From assembly GCA_002633005.1 (NCBI GenBank), contig NMRA01000038.1, forward strand, positions 453,634 through 517,633: a stretch of DNA of 64,000 bases. Reading direction: 5' to 3'. The notes under the pieces were generated by a model. It saw only the letters and a list, made by a program, of their open reading frames with translations, made no database searches and was not told the DNA's origin. Source of the DNA: Phoronis australis (taxonomy: Eukaryota; Animalia; Phoronida). Of the stretch, positions 38,052-53,000 are shown one piece after another. Positions within the stretch are counted from its first letter, which is position 1, and each line of letters begins with the position of its first letter. The position numbers and the translations under genes were made by a program.

Positions 38052-41000
38052 ATGGATAGAGGCAAACTTCCTGTCATCCCTCCTACCAAACCTGATGGTG
38101 ACTCACCCACCCATGTTACCATGGAGCTGTTACAGAAGCGCCTCCGTGTGGCAGAGGATGACACCAAAAATCTTGTACAGCAGCTTAGCTCAATGGGTAC
38201 GTTGTTTTGCTCTTTAGCTTTAGCAAAAGTTGTGCTTTTGTATTCCATTCTTGGATCAACAAGCGGGCTTGACCAAGCCAGACCTTTAATGTTCCAGACA
38301 GTGGTTCAAGTATTAACAAAATGTCATTTCTTCCCGAAATCATGTCTAAATGAGTAAGGAACAACCAGTTTTATTATTTTGAGTTCCAACTTCCTTCATC
38401 ATACTGCAGGAATGTGTTATCTAAGTCATTGCTTTAGACCATGTCATTCAATTGCAGTCTGTTATTCATTAGAACATTGTTATTTGCTTCATTTCAGGGT
38501 TTACGTCTGAAGATCCATCCAAGCTTGCCGAGACTGGAGCTCATGGCGGCGCCGTTTCCCCATACCAGCCCCGATTTGCTGATCCAGAAACCCTTGCTAG
38601 AAACTACGAGAACCTTGTATCTCGTGTATGCAAGACAGAAAGTGTTCTGCAGACTCTCAAGCTCAACATGATTAATCTTCAGACGAAGGCCGAGCTTCAT
38701 AAGAAAGACAGCATGTCAGCTAATGAAAAGCTGGCTCAGTTGACAGACACCTACGAGGCGGAGCAGCAGAGGTGGACCAAGGAGGCAGAGAGATTTAACA
38801 ATCAGCTAACAGAGGTCACAAGGCGGAGAGAGGAGGCGGAGTCTAGAGTAGAACAGCTGACTCAAGCACTGCAGACTGCAGCCACAGGCTCAGGGGTAAG
38901 TGCAATGGATAAGTAATGATACTTACTGTCTTGTGATACACTGGAATAATCATGATTTTAATTAGCATGTTGTAAAAGTATTGTTCTTCATCTGAAAAAT
39001 ACAAAGTGTACTGTTATCTGAATATTTGTAGATGTTTTTTTAAGTGTCATCTTTTAAGTTGCTTCAATAGAGTATTTGTTTTTAAATAATTGTTTTTAAA
39101 ACCGCTCAACACTCAATCCTTGTGTACATTTGCTTTATTTTACTGGAATTGGTGAAACATGCATTGTCTTATTGTCTTTGTGGCTTCCCCAGCATGTATA
39201 GCGCATGGAAAAATGAATCTGCGTTTGTTTTAAGAAACGTTTGTGACTTTAAAAGCAATTTTGTAACCCTTATGTTGTTTTCAATTTTGCATATTGATTT
39301 TTTTCAGCTGGATCAGAGTAATAAACTGCAAGAACTACAGGCTGCAAAGCATAAACTGTCACGCAAGGTTTCTGAACTCCGCGACGAGCTGTCACGGGAG
39401 AGCAACTTGAGGTCAAGCTTTGAGGAGTCTCACAAGTCTCTGCTGAACAGAATTAGAGAGATGGAGAGTATCGTGGAATCTGAACGTAACGAGGTGTTGT
39501 CATTAGCAAATTTGGGACTGTTTAAAGATAACGCGCTCTTTAACTTGTCAGTTATTTAATAAAAATAACAATAACGAAGATGGTAGAATGATTTTGTGAA
39601 TTTTTTAAGAAAAACAGGTCCATCAAAATGGAGAACGTGGGTCTGTAATCCAGAAAAGTTTCTGAACAATGACAAGTGTCTTTCTTTTGGGATTCCAGTT
39701 ATACTTTCTATGTATTGAATTGTTTGCCAAAGTGGCTGTTGTAAGATGGTCACTCACAGATCATATCTGTTTTCTCTGAACTGTTGTGTAGTATTGGCAA
39801 GTTCTTCGTATCTTGACTCTGTGTTAAACATTTTCCTTTGATGGCCCCCTTTTCTGAAAGTGTGTTTAGTAATACTATTAACATATTAGGAAGGTTGAAA
39901 GTCTGATTTTCTTGCTGCACACTGTGGTGCTTGTTATCAAAAATTACCGTTAGTGAGAATTTATTTCACTTTGATCCTAAACTTTTTACTTTGCCATGTC
40001 ACCATTTTTTCAATTTTTATATGTTCTTAAATTGATTTGATTTACAGCAAACCACTTCAAACAATGAGGTTATGAAACTGATTTTCTTAACCTTTGAATA
40101 GTTTTGTGACATGTGTTTTTGTGGCTGCGGCAAACTAAAATGTTTCTGTTGCAGGTAAAAACATTGTACAATGACTGTAATGGTCTGCGGAGAGAGGTGG
40201 TTAAAGCCCAGGATGAACTTCAGAAAGAACATCAGCTGAGGGTCAAATTTGAACAGGAGATTGTTCGTCTATCTGATGGTGGAGGTAAGTTCCTGTTTTA
40301 TTATGAATGTCAGACTGACACGAAAATTTCATTAAATCTCCATGCAGTGCTGTCTCTAAACTCTGTAACTATGGTTCACATTTTAGGGTGGAAACTTTTG
40401 TTTTGGTTTTTATGCGCCCACATATTTATATGTGGACGCATTATGCCGTCATCTCTGTACGTCCGTCCGTCCGTCCGTCCGGCGTCCGGCGTCCGCTGCT
40501 CTATCTCCAAAACCCTTTGACATACGTTCATGAAATTTGGCACATGTGTTCCATTCATGAATGGGACGGCATGTGCGAACTTTCGGACGGATCCGACAAC
40601 CGGTGTGCCCCCTAGTGGCAATTTTATTTTTTATGCTTACCTTTGTATCTTCAAAAGTCCTGAACGGATTTTCATGAAATTTGGTATGTAGGCACCTAGT
40701 AGTGAGATGACGCTATCCTGCCGTTTTCGGATGGATTCGACATAGTTTGCGCCACCTAGTGGCCATTTTTACTGTTTTCGAGTCTGTTTTTGTGCTTCCA
40801 CCCCTCTATCAACCAAACCGCTCAAAGGATGATTGTGAAAATTGGCATGTATGTGCTTACTATGTAGAGGACGGTTGNNNNNNNNNNNNNNNNNNNNNNN
40901 NNNNNNNNNNNNNNNNNNNNNNNNNNNNNNNNNNNNNNNNNNNNNNNNNNNNNNNNNNNNNNNNNNNNNNNNNNNNNNNNNNNNNNNNNNNNNNNNNNNN

Positions 41001-44000
41001 NNNNNNNNNNNNNNNNNNNNNNNNNNNNNNNNNNNNNNNNNNNNNNNNNNNNNNNNNNNNNNNNNNNNNNNNNNNNNNNNNNNNNNNNNNNNNNNNNNNN
41101 NNNNNNNNNNNNNNNNNNNNNNNNNNNNNNNNNNNNNNNNNNNNNNNNNNNNNNNNNNNNNNNNNNNNNNNNNNNNNNNNNNNNNNNNNNNNNNNNNNNN
41201 NNNNNNNNNNNNNNNNNNNNNNNNNNNNNNNNNNNNNNNNNNNNNNNNNNNNNNNNNNNNNNNNNNNNNNNNNNNNNNNNNNNNNNNNNNNNNNNNNNNN
41301 NNNNNNNNNNNNNNNNNNNNNNNNNNNNNNNNNNNNNNNNNNNNNNNNNNNNNNNNNNNNNNNNNNNNNNNNNNNNNNNNNNNNNNNNNNNNNNNNNNNN
41401 NNNNNNNNNNNNNNNNNNNNNNNNNNNNNNNNNNNNNNNNNNNNNNNNNNNNNNNNNNNNNNNNNNNNNNNNNNNNNNNNNNNNNNNNNNNNNNNNNNNN
41501 NNNNNNNNTCTAGTGGCAATTTTAGTATTTGCCTCTAGTGGCAATTTTAGTATTTTACATTGACCTCTGTATTTTCATAGGTCTTCAGGTGTATACTTTG
41601 TGTTACTTCGTGACTGTGAAGGAAAAGTTCCAAGTAGAAATTTGTTTCTGGCATTCTATTGCTGTGCTAATCTCGTATGTTGGTAAATTTGTTTTTAATT
41701 CTGTGTTTCTGTGGTGCTTTAAGCAACTGGTGTATAGGATGCGCTTGTATTATGAAGATTACTCACATTTTGCCCCTAGCCTATTGAGGAGACAATGACC
41801 ATGCCTTTCCATTTTGCAAAGTATGCCCTCTACTAGCCACTTTATGGTACCAATAAACAACCCTAGAAGGATACCGTATGCGGTGCAATTGTGGGCGCAT
41901 TTCAACGCTCCGCGTTGCTCTTGTTTAATATAGTGGCAAGTTAGCATTCTTAATTACGTATCATAAAACCATGAACTGAATGAAGTTCATTTATTGTTTT
42001 TTTGGAAAACCCCTCCCGGCTAACACAGTTTATTTGAGTTTGAAGTTTGCCACTTCAGCATAACATAGTTAGTGGTATGAGAGTCTTCAATGTGTAGTGT
42101 AGCTAATCTATTGACGACAAATTTAGCGTCTTCACGTTTTTGTTTGCAAAATTGGCCGTAGAAAAGTGAGAACAATTGCTGATAACATATTGCATTTATA
42201 TACAATGTCCAATATTTTGATGGCAAGTCTTGCCATTGTTAAGCTGAAGGCTAGAGTGTCACTGAATTCAACCTGGGCTCTATTGAGTCCACCCTTTGGG
42301 GACGGTTTTGATCATTTGTGTATTTACTGCTGTTCTTTTGGTGTCTGTTTTCAGTTGCTCATGATTAGTTGTGTCCGTTTTGTGGGTTTTCTGTTTCCTT
42401 GATGATGAACTGATTTACCATCGAAACGATTTGCATTGTATATGCAATATATTATTCACAATCGCTCTCAGCGCTCTACATAGGAAGCATCTGTAAACAT
42501 CACGTTTTATGATTATTGTGATTTAAAAGGAAGCAACTAATATTTGTTGTGTTGTCTTCTGATGTAATACTAAATCTTTGAATCATGGACTTCTTGAACT
42601 AATTTAGATGGTGTTACGGAAACTGTAACATTCGTGAAAGCAATAAAACAAATGAGACTGAGTGTTTAAAAGGCTGTATGTAAATTACAATAATCAAATG
42701 ACAAAATCTTGTCCATGTGTTGACGTTATTTTGGAACAACATTTGTTACTAATTCTGTCTTGAATTGCGTTTAATTTTTTCGGGTTCCCTCAATGTTGTC
42801 CACATAACTTTGATAAAATTAGATTTAATCTAATAATTTAAAAGTAATTTTCAAGTGCTTTCCGTCACAATTATCTACATTAAATAAGTGAAGCTGGACA
42901 ATGTTCAATAAAAGTCGTCAATTGGTTTTTGAAAACTGCAGCATGTTAATTTAGTAGTACTTGCAATGTCAATGTGGCCATAAAGATGACTTACAAATTG
43001 TCTGTTTAACAGTGGTCGGCAGGAAGTCATCCAAAGTCCATCGACTTGAAGAAGACAAGAGAATGCTGCTAGGTCAACTGAGTACAATCAGCGGTCAGTA
43101 CCAAGAGTTGAACAGGCAGTTGGAGGCCATGCAAACATTGTTTGAACAGAGAAAGGTAAGTTGTTATTTTATGTGTTCTGGAGTAGAGTATAGTGTCAAG
43201 GGTTGAACAGGTATTTAGGTGACTTGCATACATTTAACTGAATATCAAGAGAGTTGATACTGGCAACAGTTTTGCAAGTTGTTACATTTCTCAGTTTTAC
43301 TTAGTTTTTAACAATCTGATTTATATATTTTCAAAATTTTTACATTAAAGCAGGAAATATTCCATATAAACCAATTTTAACCTTCTCGAAGGTAAAAAAT
43401 GTCTTTAATCTTCTTTTGGAGATGGTATTAAAAAAATATGAGATGTCTTCCATGTACTGAACTATGAAACTTTCAGAAGGTATTTTTTTATCCTCTCTTC
43501 ACCAACTTCTGGCTTCACATATTTTACCCAAGGCAAGTCAAGGATGACTCATTTTCAAATGGTCTTCCCAATACTCCCGGGCTATTTTCCAGTATCTTTT
43601 TAGCTACATGCCTGAAAATGCAACTATTTGGTGTCAGATTACTAATGTATAACAAGTAACAATTTGAAGCAATAAGAGAAATATTCTAAATACCCTACTA
43701 TTGTGTGAGTGGTGGAGGTTAGTCCATAGATGTTTTGTTGATTTGTCAATTTATACAAAGTTGGCTCAATGGAATCAGTGTTACGAATTTACAGTTATGC
43801 ACTTTTTGTCAAACAGAACCCGAGAATATACTTCATCTTTACTGGTTTTGAAGCATCCCTTGAGGTCGACATGGGGTCCAATGGATCAATCACAAAGTTC
43901 ATGTATTTTAGGGAAATAGTCAGATATATGGTGCCCGCATTTTGAGAACCAGTTTTCTCCACTGAATAATAGGCTTCAAACTGGTTCTCAAAATGTGGGC

Positions 44001-47000
44001 TGTTATTTCTTACCATTGTCATTTTAAGATCTTCCTTCTAGAAGTTCCTTTTGGCAAATAATCAGGATCCAATATTGAACATCTGAAAACAGAAACTTCC
44101 AATTACTACTATGTTGAAAATGTTATATTTTACGAAAACGGTGAAACTGAAAGTTGGTTCCTGTGATTCTTTTAGGTTTGTGATGAAAATTAACTGATTA
44201 GTTTCCCCCCTCAGTAGTACATTTATAAGTAAAGGACTCTATGAAAACCATACATTTATTATGTTATTCTAGTATGAAAGAAGTTTTACTTTGTGACCGA
44301 GTGATAATCTGTTTTGGCTGGTTGCTACTAAGTTTGTTGTATGGTACCTAAGGGAGCATTCCTTTCTACTTCCAGGAGACTCATGTGCAACTTGAGCAAG
44401 AGAATAGAGAGTTGAGTGAAGCCCTGAGAAATGTCAGCAATGAAAAGAATGCGCTTGCAAAGACTTTTGAGCAGCAGCTTCAGGTACACTTACTGACCAT
44501 TCCTGTTAGCTATCTGCAGTTTGCATTGTACAAATGGTGTAACAAATCTATTCACATCTCCATGCATGCGAATGTGCTCAATTGAAGCTTTAGTTTAAAT
44601 GAAAAAACGTTTGCTCCGGTTTTGTTGTGGGACATTAGTGATTGGCAGTGTCGGTATGCCATGACATGGTTGTTTCGGACAAAATATATCACTATAGATG
44701 GCGCCACTGGTGGTGAGTATGGTATGAAAATTGAAAAATGGTCTGTGTTCCGTAGACTTGAGAAACTAGGAAAATGTAAGATCACACAAATCTTCGCGAA
44801 ATAATGTCATGCATTACAAGTCAAGCACGCGATCACACTAAGCTTTTCTCACAAGCGTGTTGGATCTATAGAATGCAGCCCTGCTGAGTGAAGTACATTT
44901 CTGGCGGACTAATAGTTTTGTATGTGCTTTAAGGAGGAACGTAGTGAGTGGGAGATCAAAGTACAACAGCAGGATGACGCCGTGTTTGTGAGGGAGGAAG
45001 TGAGGAAGGTGAATAAGGAAAAGGCAAAGTTGGAGGAGAAGATGTAAGTCTTGCATATTGTGTGAGAGTAAGTGAGTGTAAATCAGTGGTCTGTTCATTC
45101 ATGCGCTTCATATTTTTGCAACATGCATCTCATGCATTATGAACCTCACATATTAACAACCATTAGGCACATTTTGTCCATGTATGATTTTAAGAATATT
45201 TATTGGGATCTACTAACACTAGTGAATTTGGTGACTTTGTACATTTTTACTCTGGAAGTATGTTAGCATTGGCCATGTAATTATTGTAATGATATTAAAG
45301 GCAAATTTGATTAAACGTTTGGTGTGTATTTTAAAAATGATCAAATGCTAGTGCTGGGAAAACTATGAGTTATGGACTGTAAATTGTGGAACATTTACCT
45401 GTCAAAAGATATACATTTCACGTCAACACTTTTTCTTTCATGTACAGAAATAGTCAAATTCCATGGCATTGTGTTATGTCCTCTATATCCGAGTTGGAAA
45501 AGTCCTTACCAAAATCTCTGCTTTGTGTTTCTCTGAATCACCAACAAATCAAAATACCTTTATGTGGTTTCCTGTTCATGTTGGTTTTTGTCTCATCGTG
45601 TTTTGGATTTGTGTCATTTCAATCAAGATCTGTGTTAACTGAAGAGTTGTCCGAGACAAGAGCAGCACTAGCCGACAGGGACAGAGAGTCTCGTGAGATG
45701 GCTAGTGATGCTGCTCATGAGGTCAGTAGTTTACGTCACCAACTGGAGGCACTTCAGAAGGACAGAGCGTCAGCACTGACTGAGAAGGAGGCTCTTTTGG
45801 ATGAGGTAGGGGCTGACATATCTGGGCAATTCCTCGTCTTGAATTCATTCCGTTTTCCCATCCTAAATATTTCACGAAAACAACTGTTACAGCAGTTGCA
45901 CATTATTTTTACTTGCTGAGCATTTCACAATCGTTTTTACTGCAAAATAATAAAAACTGAATAACACTTTGCAATACAATTTCCGAATCAGTAATTTCTC
46001 TTCTACAACACAAAGAAAATATTATTTCAAACTTGATTCAAGATTTTAAACATGGCTCAGAGCTTTTCAAACATGGCTTGAGATTTCCAAATATGGTGCA
46101 AAAAATTTCAAACCCGGTGCAGCCCCACGTGTGATTACATGTAGAGAGAACACTGGGACGGTAATTCATATACACTTGCCTCAGCTGATCAGCTAGTCCT
46201 AATGCTATTCCATTGTGCCTGTAGGTCAACCAAGCCGTGGATGGTATGAGTGAGGAGAGGTCTCGCCTACAGATGGAGCTGCAAGAGTGCCAGTTAGATG
46301 TACAGACTTTACGACAGACCAAGTCTCACCTTGAAGAGGAGAACCAGAGACTGATGGAGAGGATGGGAGCTGTAGACCAGTATCAGGTACACCCCACGCC
46401 AAATGGATAAGGATGAAATACTTCTTGTTTCCCAATCCCTGTTTTCTGCCACGAAAAGCAGTTGAAAAGTAACCTCACTCCTGCCGTTTGTGGGCATGCA
46501 AGTAAAACACTTTATGGGATTCCTCTCTACACTGCAAGATGAATAAATTAGCTGAAAGAGCTGATGAATATTTTCGTCTCAGAAACTATTGAAATCGCTC
46601 AATGACATCATTTCCATTTCCATGGCAGGGCATGCTTATCTTTGTTGCAATTTTTTGTTTTTATTACAAAGGCAATTCTTTTCAATTGCTGGTTTGCGAA
46701 TATTTGTTTTAAGCTACATACAGAAAAAGGAGATGGATTTAACATTAATTTTGACAAAAAGGCTCGATTTCTTCAAATTTTACCGGACGTGACACCATGA
46801 AGCTTAACTGGAGACTTGGCAAAAAAGTTATGCAATTGCCTGAAATGTTTTAGCTAGTAATTTTTCAAATTTCACACATTGTGACTGGTCAGTAGTGTGA
46901 TGACCGTCCAGCCAATTCAATAGATCTCACCATAATCCTGATTTTGGGCTTGGGAAGAATTGGATGATTGTTATGGCTGAAGACTTCTGACATTCAATAA

Positions 47001-50000
47001 GCTGGAATTCACAATCTTGTTAAATCGTACTATATGCGTGTTAACCAACTAACAAATAGGCTAGTCCTGTTTTTGAACAAGAGATGGAGTTATGAGTTTG
47101 TGCTTTGTGGGTTGAAAGGGGAAAGCAACTGCAGTAAAAATACATATCTCTGGTTGTCTTGGAGTCATTTTTTCATCTTAATTACTGTTCCTTTCACAAT
47201 AGAAAGTGCTGTAAACGTCTTGAAAACTCTCATCTTGGTTCTACGTTCACTTCCACTAACCAAACATGAATGACCTGTGCAGACTGTGTACCGAGTTGGA
47301 CATTGTGTTTGCTGAGCACTCACGTCACATGTGATTGTTCCATGGATAACAAATGCACACCATAAGAATAGTGATAATCAGGAGTCCGCATTTTTACTAA
47401 TCGTAACTTCAAAAACAGTTGACTGTGTTCTCTTAGTTTTTTGCAAGTAAATATGATCCCATGAAATGAATGTTTACATAGCAATTAGCATGACTTCTCA
47501 ATTTGTTTAGAATACCCAGAAGCAGCTGGACAAGGCCATGTCAGAGATGTTGGAACAGAAGAACAAACTGGCTTATGAGAATGGTCGACTTCAGTCACGT
47601 GTTGAACAGTTACAGACAGAGTTAGAAACACTTGCCAAGGCACAGACACAGTTGGCAGATGTTAAGAAGAAGAAGGACATTTTGGAATCAAAGTACTCTA
47701 AAGTAAGGTTGGCTGTGTATGGATAATGGCTTTTAACAAACTGTAGATCTTGAGCCATTCATCCAGGAATTTCATAATACATTGATACGGCCTGTGATAG
47801 ACAGGTCTAATCATTAATGTATTATGATAGTGTTTGTTATTACTTGACCAGTGATATTTCTGTCCTCTGATTGACTGATAAGCGGTAAGATAATATTACT
47901 TCCGTTATGAGGTGATGTTGACCATCTAGCCATGGGATATCACTTTTCATTCATACCACCAGGACGTCAGATGTCACTATTCGTGATCTGACCAATTGTA
48001 CGCAGCAGAAACCATAAACCCCTGACCATGTAAACAAAATGAGCAGACGATGACTGTATATCAAAGCAAGTGAAAAGTATGCCAGTCTAATATGGGACAA
48101 AGAAAACAGAAACGAAGCATCAATGATAAAACAAGTAGATTGACTCCTCAGGCATATTGGGTCATATGCATCTCAGGAGAGTAATGTTTCCCTCAGCCTC
48201 AGGCAACATTGCTCTCCCTCATTCCATGTGACCTGATATCAACCTCGCGATTTGTTCGCATTTGTATTCTTATGAGTCTCATTAGGTTGTTGGGACTCTG
48301 TTGGTACTAGTAGGTCAGAGGTCAAAAACATGTACAAGGATTGCAGAAAGTCCTGCTGTTGAGGTTCAGTCGAGACAGTATTCTTTCCAGACCATTCTGA
48401 CCAGGAGTCGGTTCCCTAAGGTTAATTTTGTGCAAGTTAAGTGAGATCACGCGAAATTATGCTAATCACAGGCGAGTGATAAAGCTTGTCACCTTAATTA
48501 TGTACACCAGCTAAAAGGCCGCTATTGAATTGATTAGATGGCTGAAATGTTGAATTGTTGGAGAAATCTCACTTTTTGTTCCAAACATCAAGATTGCTTG
48601 CCACACGTATCTCACAAGTGACTAAATATTGTTGGAGAATATGCTCCAGATATTTTTCAAAATCACTCTTCTGAAACTGGTCAATAAAGTTGTTTCATGA
48701 TGTTGTATATCTTCCAGCTTAAAAGTGTGTGTATGACTTTGAACTCGGTACTTATTCACATGTTGTAGGCCCACAATGACCTGAGTGCTAGCAAAATCAA
48801 GACTCAACAACTGAGCAGTCAACTTGACCAGATGAAGAAGAACTTGGAGAGAAAGGAATCAGATTTCAACCTAGCCATAGAGGCACGTGATGAGGCTGTA
48901 AAGGAAGGTCAGCGATTGGCCAATCAGATTGAGAGCATGGAAGAGAAGGAAAAGTCAAGGGTGAGCGCGATCTTTGACTCAGCTTTGGGAAGCGCTGCAG
49001 CACAAAAGCATTCATAGGCTGTAATTATGAATTAGTTGATTGGATTGTTATGAATTAATCTAGGTAACACATCAATTAAAACATATTCAAATCAAAATTG
49101 AGACGATGGGTGCAGTTAAGTAGAAATGAATAGCATTCATTAGTAGGTCATTAGTAGAAAGTAGTGGTACGAGACTGGTCATTTTGATTAAATTAGAGAC
49201 TAAACTGTTTGATTTTGATAAAACCTGGAATTAAAGTGAATGGTGTGTAAACAGTTTACAGTAATGGTGATGTTCATGTGATGTCTTGTCCCATCAGGCG
49301 CAGGCCAATCAGAAGTCTTTAGAGGAATCGAAGCAAGATGCCAGGAAAATGGCTGCCACCCTAGAAAGTGTGATGTCATCACATGGACAGTTACAGGCCA
49401 GCGTAGAGCAACTACAGACGAAACTGGGAAAGAAGGATGCTCAGATAACGGCACTAAAGAATGAGAGGTATGTGGAAAGTGAGTGTTAGGTGAGGTTAGA
49501 ATGGGCCATGATGTCATCATGTGACTATTTATAGACGAGCGTAGAGAGTGAGTTCCAGGTTAGGATAGAGTGAGTTATGATGTCATCAGTTGGCCAGTTA
49601 CATGCTTCTGTAGAACAAATGCTGACAGTATCTTCCTGTTGAAAAGTCAAAAAATTGTAGAGCATAAAGCTTTGGCTTTGTTTTTAATCAATTTTCTTCT
49701 CATGTCTTTCCCAACTATTGTTATAATTCAAGCTATGCCACATTTTGACGAAATTTGTCCACCTGTTTTGGAAAACAGCTGTCATCATAAGTAAGAATTA
49801 TTAGTATTTCTTACACACCATATGTTGTTCAAGTCATGTGACCTATAGTTTAGTCTGAAGAGATCTCTGTCCCAACTAGGGCTCAAATGGGGGACTTTTT
49901 GCTAACCGTGCAGATGTTCTAGTCCACTGAGCTGTCGGGACCATCGATCTATTACAGAAATCCAATCAGACTTATAGGAGACATCTTCAAATTCGGGAGT

Positions 50001-53000
50001 GCATATATATGTTTGCAACTGTGCTGTTATTAATCGGTGCATTGAAGGTTATTAATTCTTTCTGATACCATATCAACGCACTGACTTATAATACCACAAT
50101 CATATTTATGTATGTAATTTGCAGAAATATAATAGGGCCATCCTGGATTACACGGCAGTAGAACTCTCCTTTGTCCTGGAGATAAGAAAGCGCATGACCT
50201 GCTTTTGGAAATCAGCCGCATTTCGGCCCCGTTGCGCTGTTATGTTATGGATCATCACATTGAAGACTAACAATTCTTTCTCATACCATGTCAACACAGT
50301 GATTTAGAACAACACAATTATTTACAACTGTATCATTGTTTGCAATTTTGCAGGTCCCAAATAGAACAAGTTATGAGACAATTGCACAGCGAAGTGGAGT
50401 TATTGCAAGGCAAACTGTCTGCCATGGAAGACTTGGAAACAAATGAGGTTACTTGTTGTTGCGCTTTTAATCATTTTACAGCAGAGTTGACATAATACAT
50501 TGTTGTGACACATTAAAAGGTAGCTGATTAACATAATGGTAAGGATTGGAAATTTTAGTAGACTAAGTACAGTAACGCTACATAGGTTGAATATGCATAA
50601 GTTGGATTTTCGCTCGACTCGGACAAAGTTCAAGGATACGGTTGTTGTAGTTGGTGTCATATTTCACCATACTTGGATGAAATCATGCAGTCTGTTTGGA
50701 TTTGGCTTATGGGAATTTTGCTGTACATAGTGGACTAGAGGTCTCATCACAGGTGGCATTAAAGATGTTTAGCAAGAACTTTTTTTCGTTTTATATGAAA
50801 ATGGTTATGAAGTTACTTCCTTTTTAAGCTCACTGCCATTCTAATGAGTTTAAAATTATAAAACCAAAAAATGAACATTGCATTAAGTAGAAACTCATGA
50901 CAGCATAATAACAAGATAATGACTGATGAAGAAGAGAATGCATGCGCTACCTCAATTTATCATCTGGGTGCTAATTTCTTTCTTAAATTTTAACCACTGG
51001 CACTAATTTGAGACTGGGCACTTAACCAAAGTTAGAACTGTTATTGAGCCAATATGAAAGTGGGAGAAATGATATTTCCTAAAGATATGTCCTAAATCGT
51101 GTATGGCTACTTCTTTAAGGTTGAACCACTGAGGCAAGCATTGGAACAGTGCAAGCATGAGAACGAGGGGATAGCCAACTCACTTGAGAGTGTTCTTGTC
51201 TCTAACTCTGATCTGCAGGACGCTGTGCAGAGACTGCAGGGGGAGCTGGCAGGCAAGACGCAGCAAATAAGTGATCTACGCACGAGCAGGTAGTACTGTT
51301 CCTGGGCTTTTATGAATCGAATTATTTATTTTTATTTTAATGACATGGATGTAGCAGTTTTCTGACTGAAAAATGATGAATTTTGCCTGGATTAAAAAAA
51401 AAAACGAAATCTCAATTTCAACTAAATATTTAAAGGCCACAGAATGGATTCCTTGTAATGTGGTGACATTCTGTGACAAAACTTGCTTGCTTGAAATTCT
51501 ATTGACATTTTGTGACCTTTTAAAAATTCTGTAACAAAACGTGACAATTTGCTAAGCCAAGTAAGCTGTTAGTGTTTTGTTGGCTTTACAGTTTAATATT
51601 TTATGCTACATCATGGGCTGGTTCTTTTTTCACAAATATGGTGTTCATCATTATCACTGACAAATATTTTGTCTCGAACATGTGACAAAAGCAAATTTGT
51701 TGCAACTTTTCATGTAAAATCACCAAAAAAACTGTCATATATGAGACTTTCCCAATGACGTGTTGAAAATCTTGAGATGTGAAAAATTGTGTCTTGTCAT
51801 TAAACAAGAATCCTTGCTCTGAAAAGTTTATAATTAGGATCTGATGTTCACCAGGTGGCGCCATTGAGCAGTATTAAGTCCTTTTTATCACCTGAATAGC
51901 TAGAGGGCAGAAACACTTCATCCCCTTGGTGGTGTTTGTATGATAAGGGACTCATGTGATTATCTGAATGCAGACATTTCTTTGGGAAAGTCCCTTGCTA
52001 CACTAGCGCCACCTAGCAAATGTTTAGTTCCCCTATTCATTTCCTTCTAATTTTTGTGGCAATGTTAGACATAATTAGAACAAATCTTTACAGTAGGATT
52101 AAACAGTGTTTTGGTGGTTTTAAAATTTAAGGATTATTGGGCTTGAATTTTCATTTCGTCTGTTTTCAGAGAAGAAGAGTACAACTCTTTGAAGGAGGAG
52201 GTGAGAAAATATGAGGAGAAATTGGACGAGCTGAGGGTCGAGATGAGTAGGGAGAGGGAGAAGTCAGTGAAGAAAACCAATAAGGAAGTGGCAGAGGTAA
52301 GGGGCAGAAGAGGGAATGGGGCATCCCTTGGATATTGTAGTTTTCAAAATAAACTAGATAAACTAAATAAACTGCTGCTAAGCTTGGACGAACGTCTTGC
52401 AAGACAAATTGTCCCGAATTCGACAGAGTGTGTGACGTAATAGCGCCCAGATTCTGTATGTGTTGCAGTCGAAAATAAATGAATATTATATTATTTAAGT
52501 CATGGTTTTGTGCATCGAAACTTTGTTGAATTTTCGCTGTTGTGAATTTATTTTGAAAACCACTGTATATACAACTGTCAGTGCTATTAATGCGGTAACT
52601 TAGGTACATCTATACACAGTCGCTTACTTTGATACCTCAAGTGAACTTTTTCGACGACTAAGCACTGTGGTCTTTGTCAAGCTGCCTTGAAATCGATGCT
52701 TTGAATCCATGCTTACTTATTTATTTATTTACTGATTTATTTATCAAGATCATTTATTTCCCAATACAAGCCTGAACGGTAACAGGTATTTTCCGTGCGA
52801 GGTAGCGATTTGACAAGAAAACTTGATGGTCATTGTGTGATTCATAAAAGACGCTCACGTGTGTGGTTTAATCCAATGCGCTGCATATGGGTGACCGACG
52901 TCGAGAGTGACAGAAGTTGAATATTTTCGTATTTCTTTTGTAAGTTTTGTAGAGTTTATTGCTCAGTATGCGGGATAAATACATTATTACATGTCCTCAG

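Noticed and set aside
40747-41544. Long ORFs of 219-263 aa
   Set aside because: They consist of X residues from the N gap.
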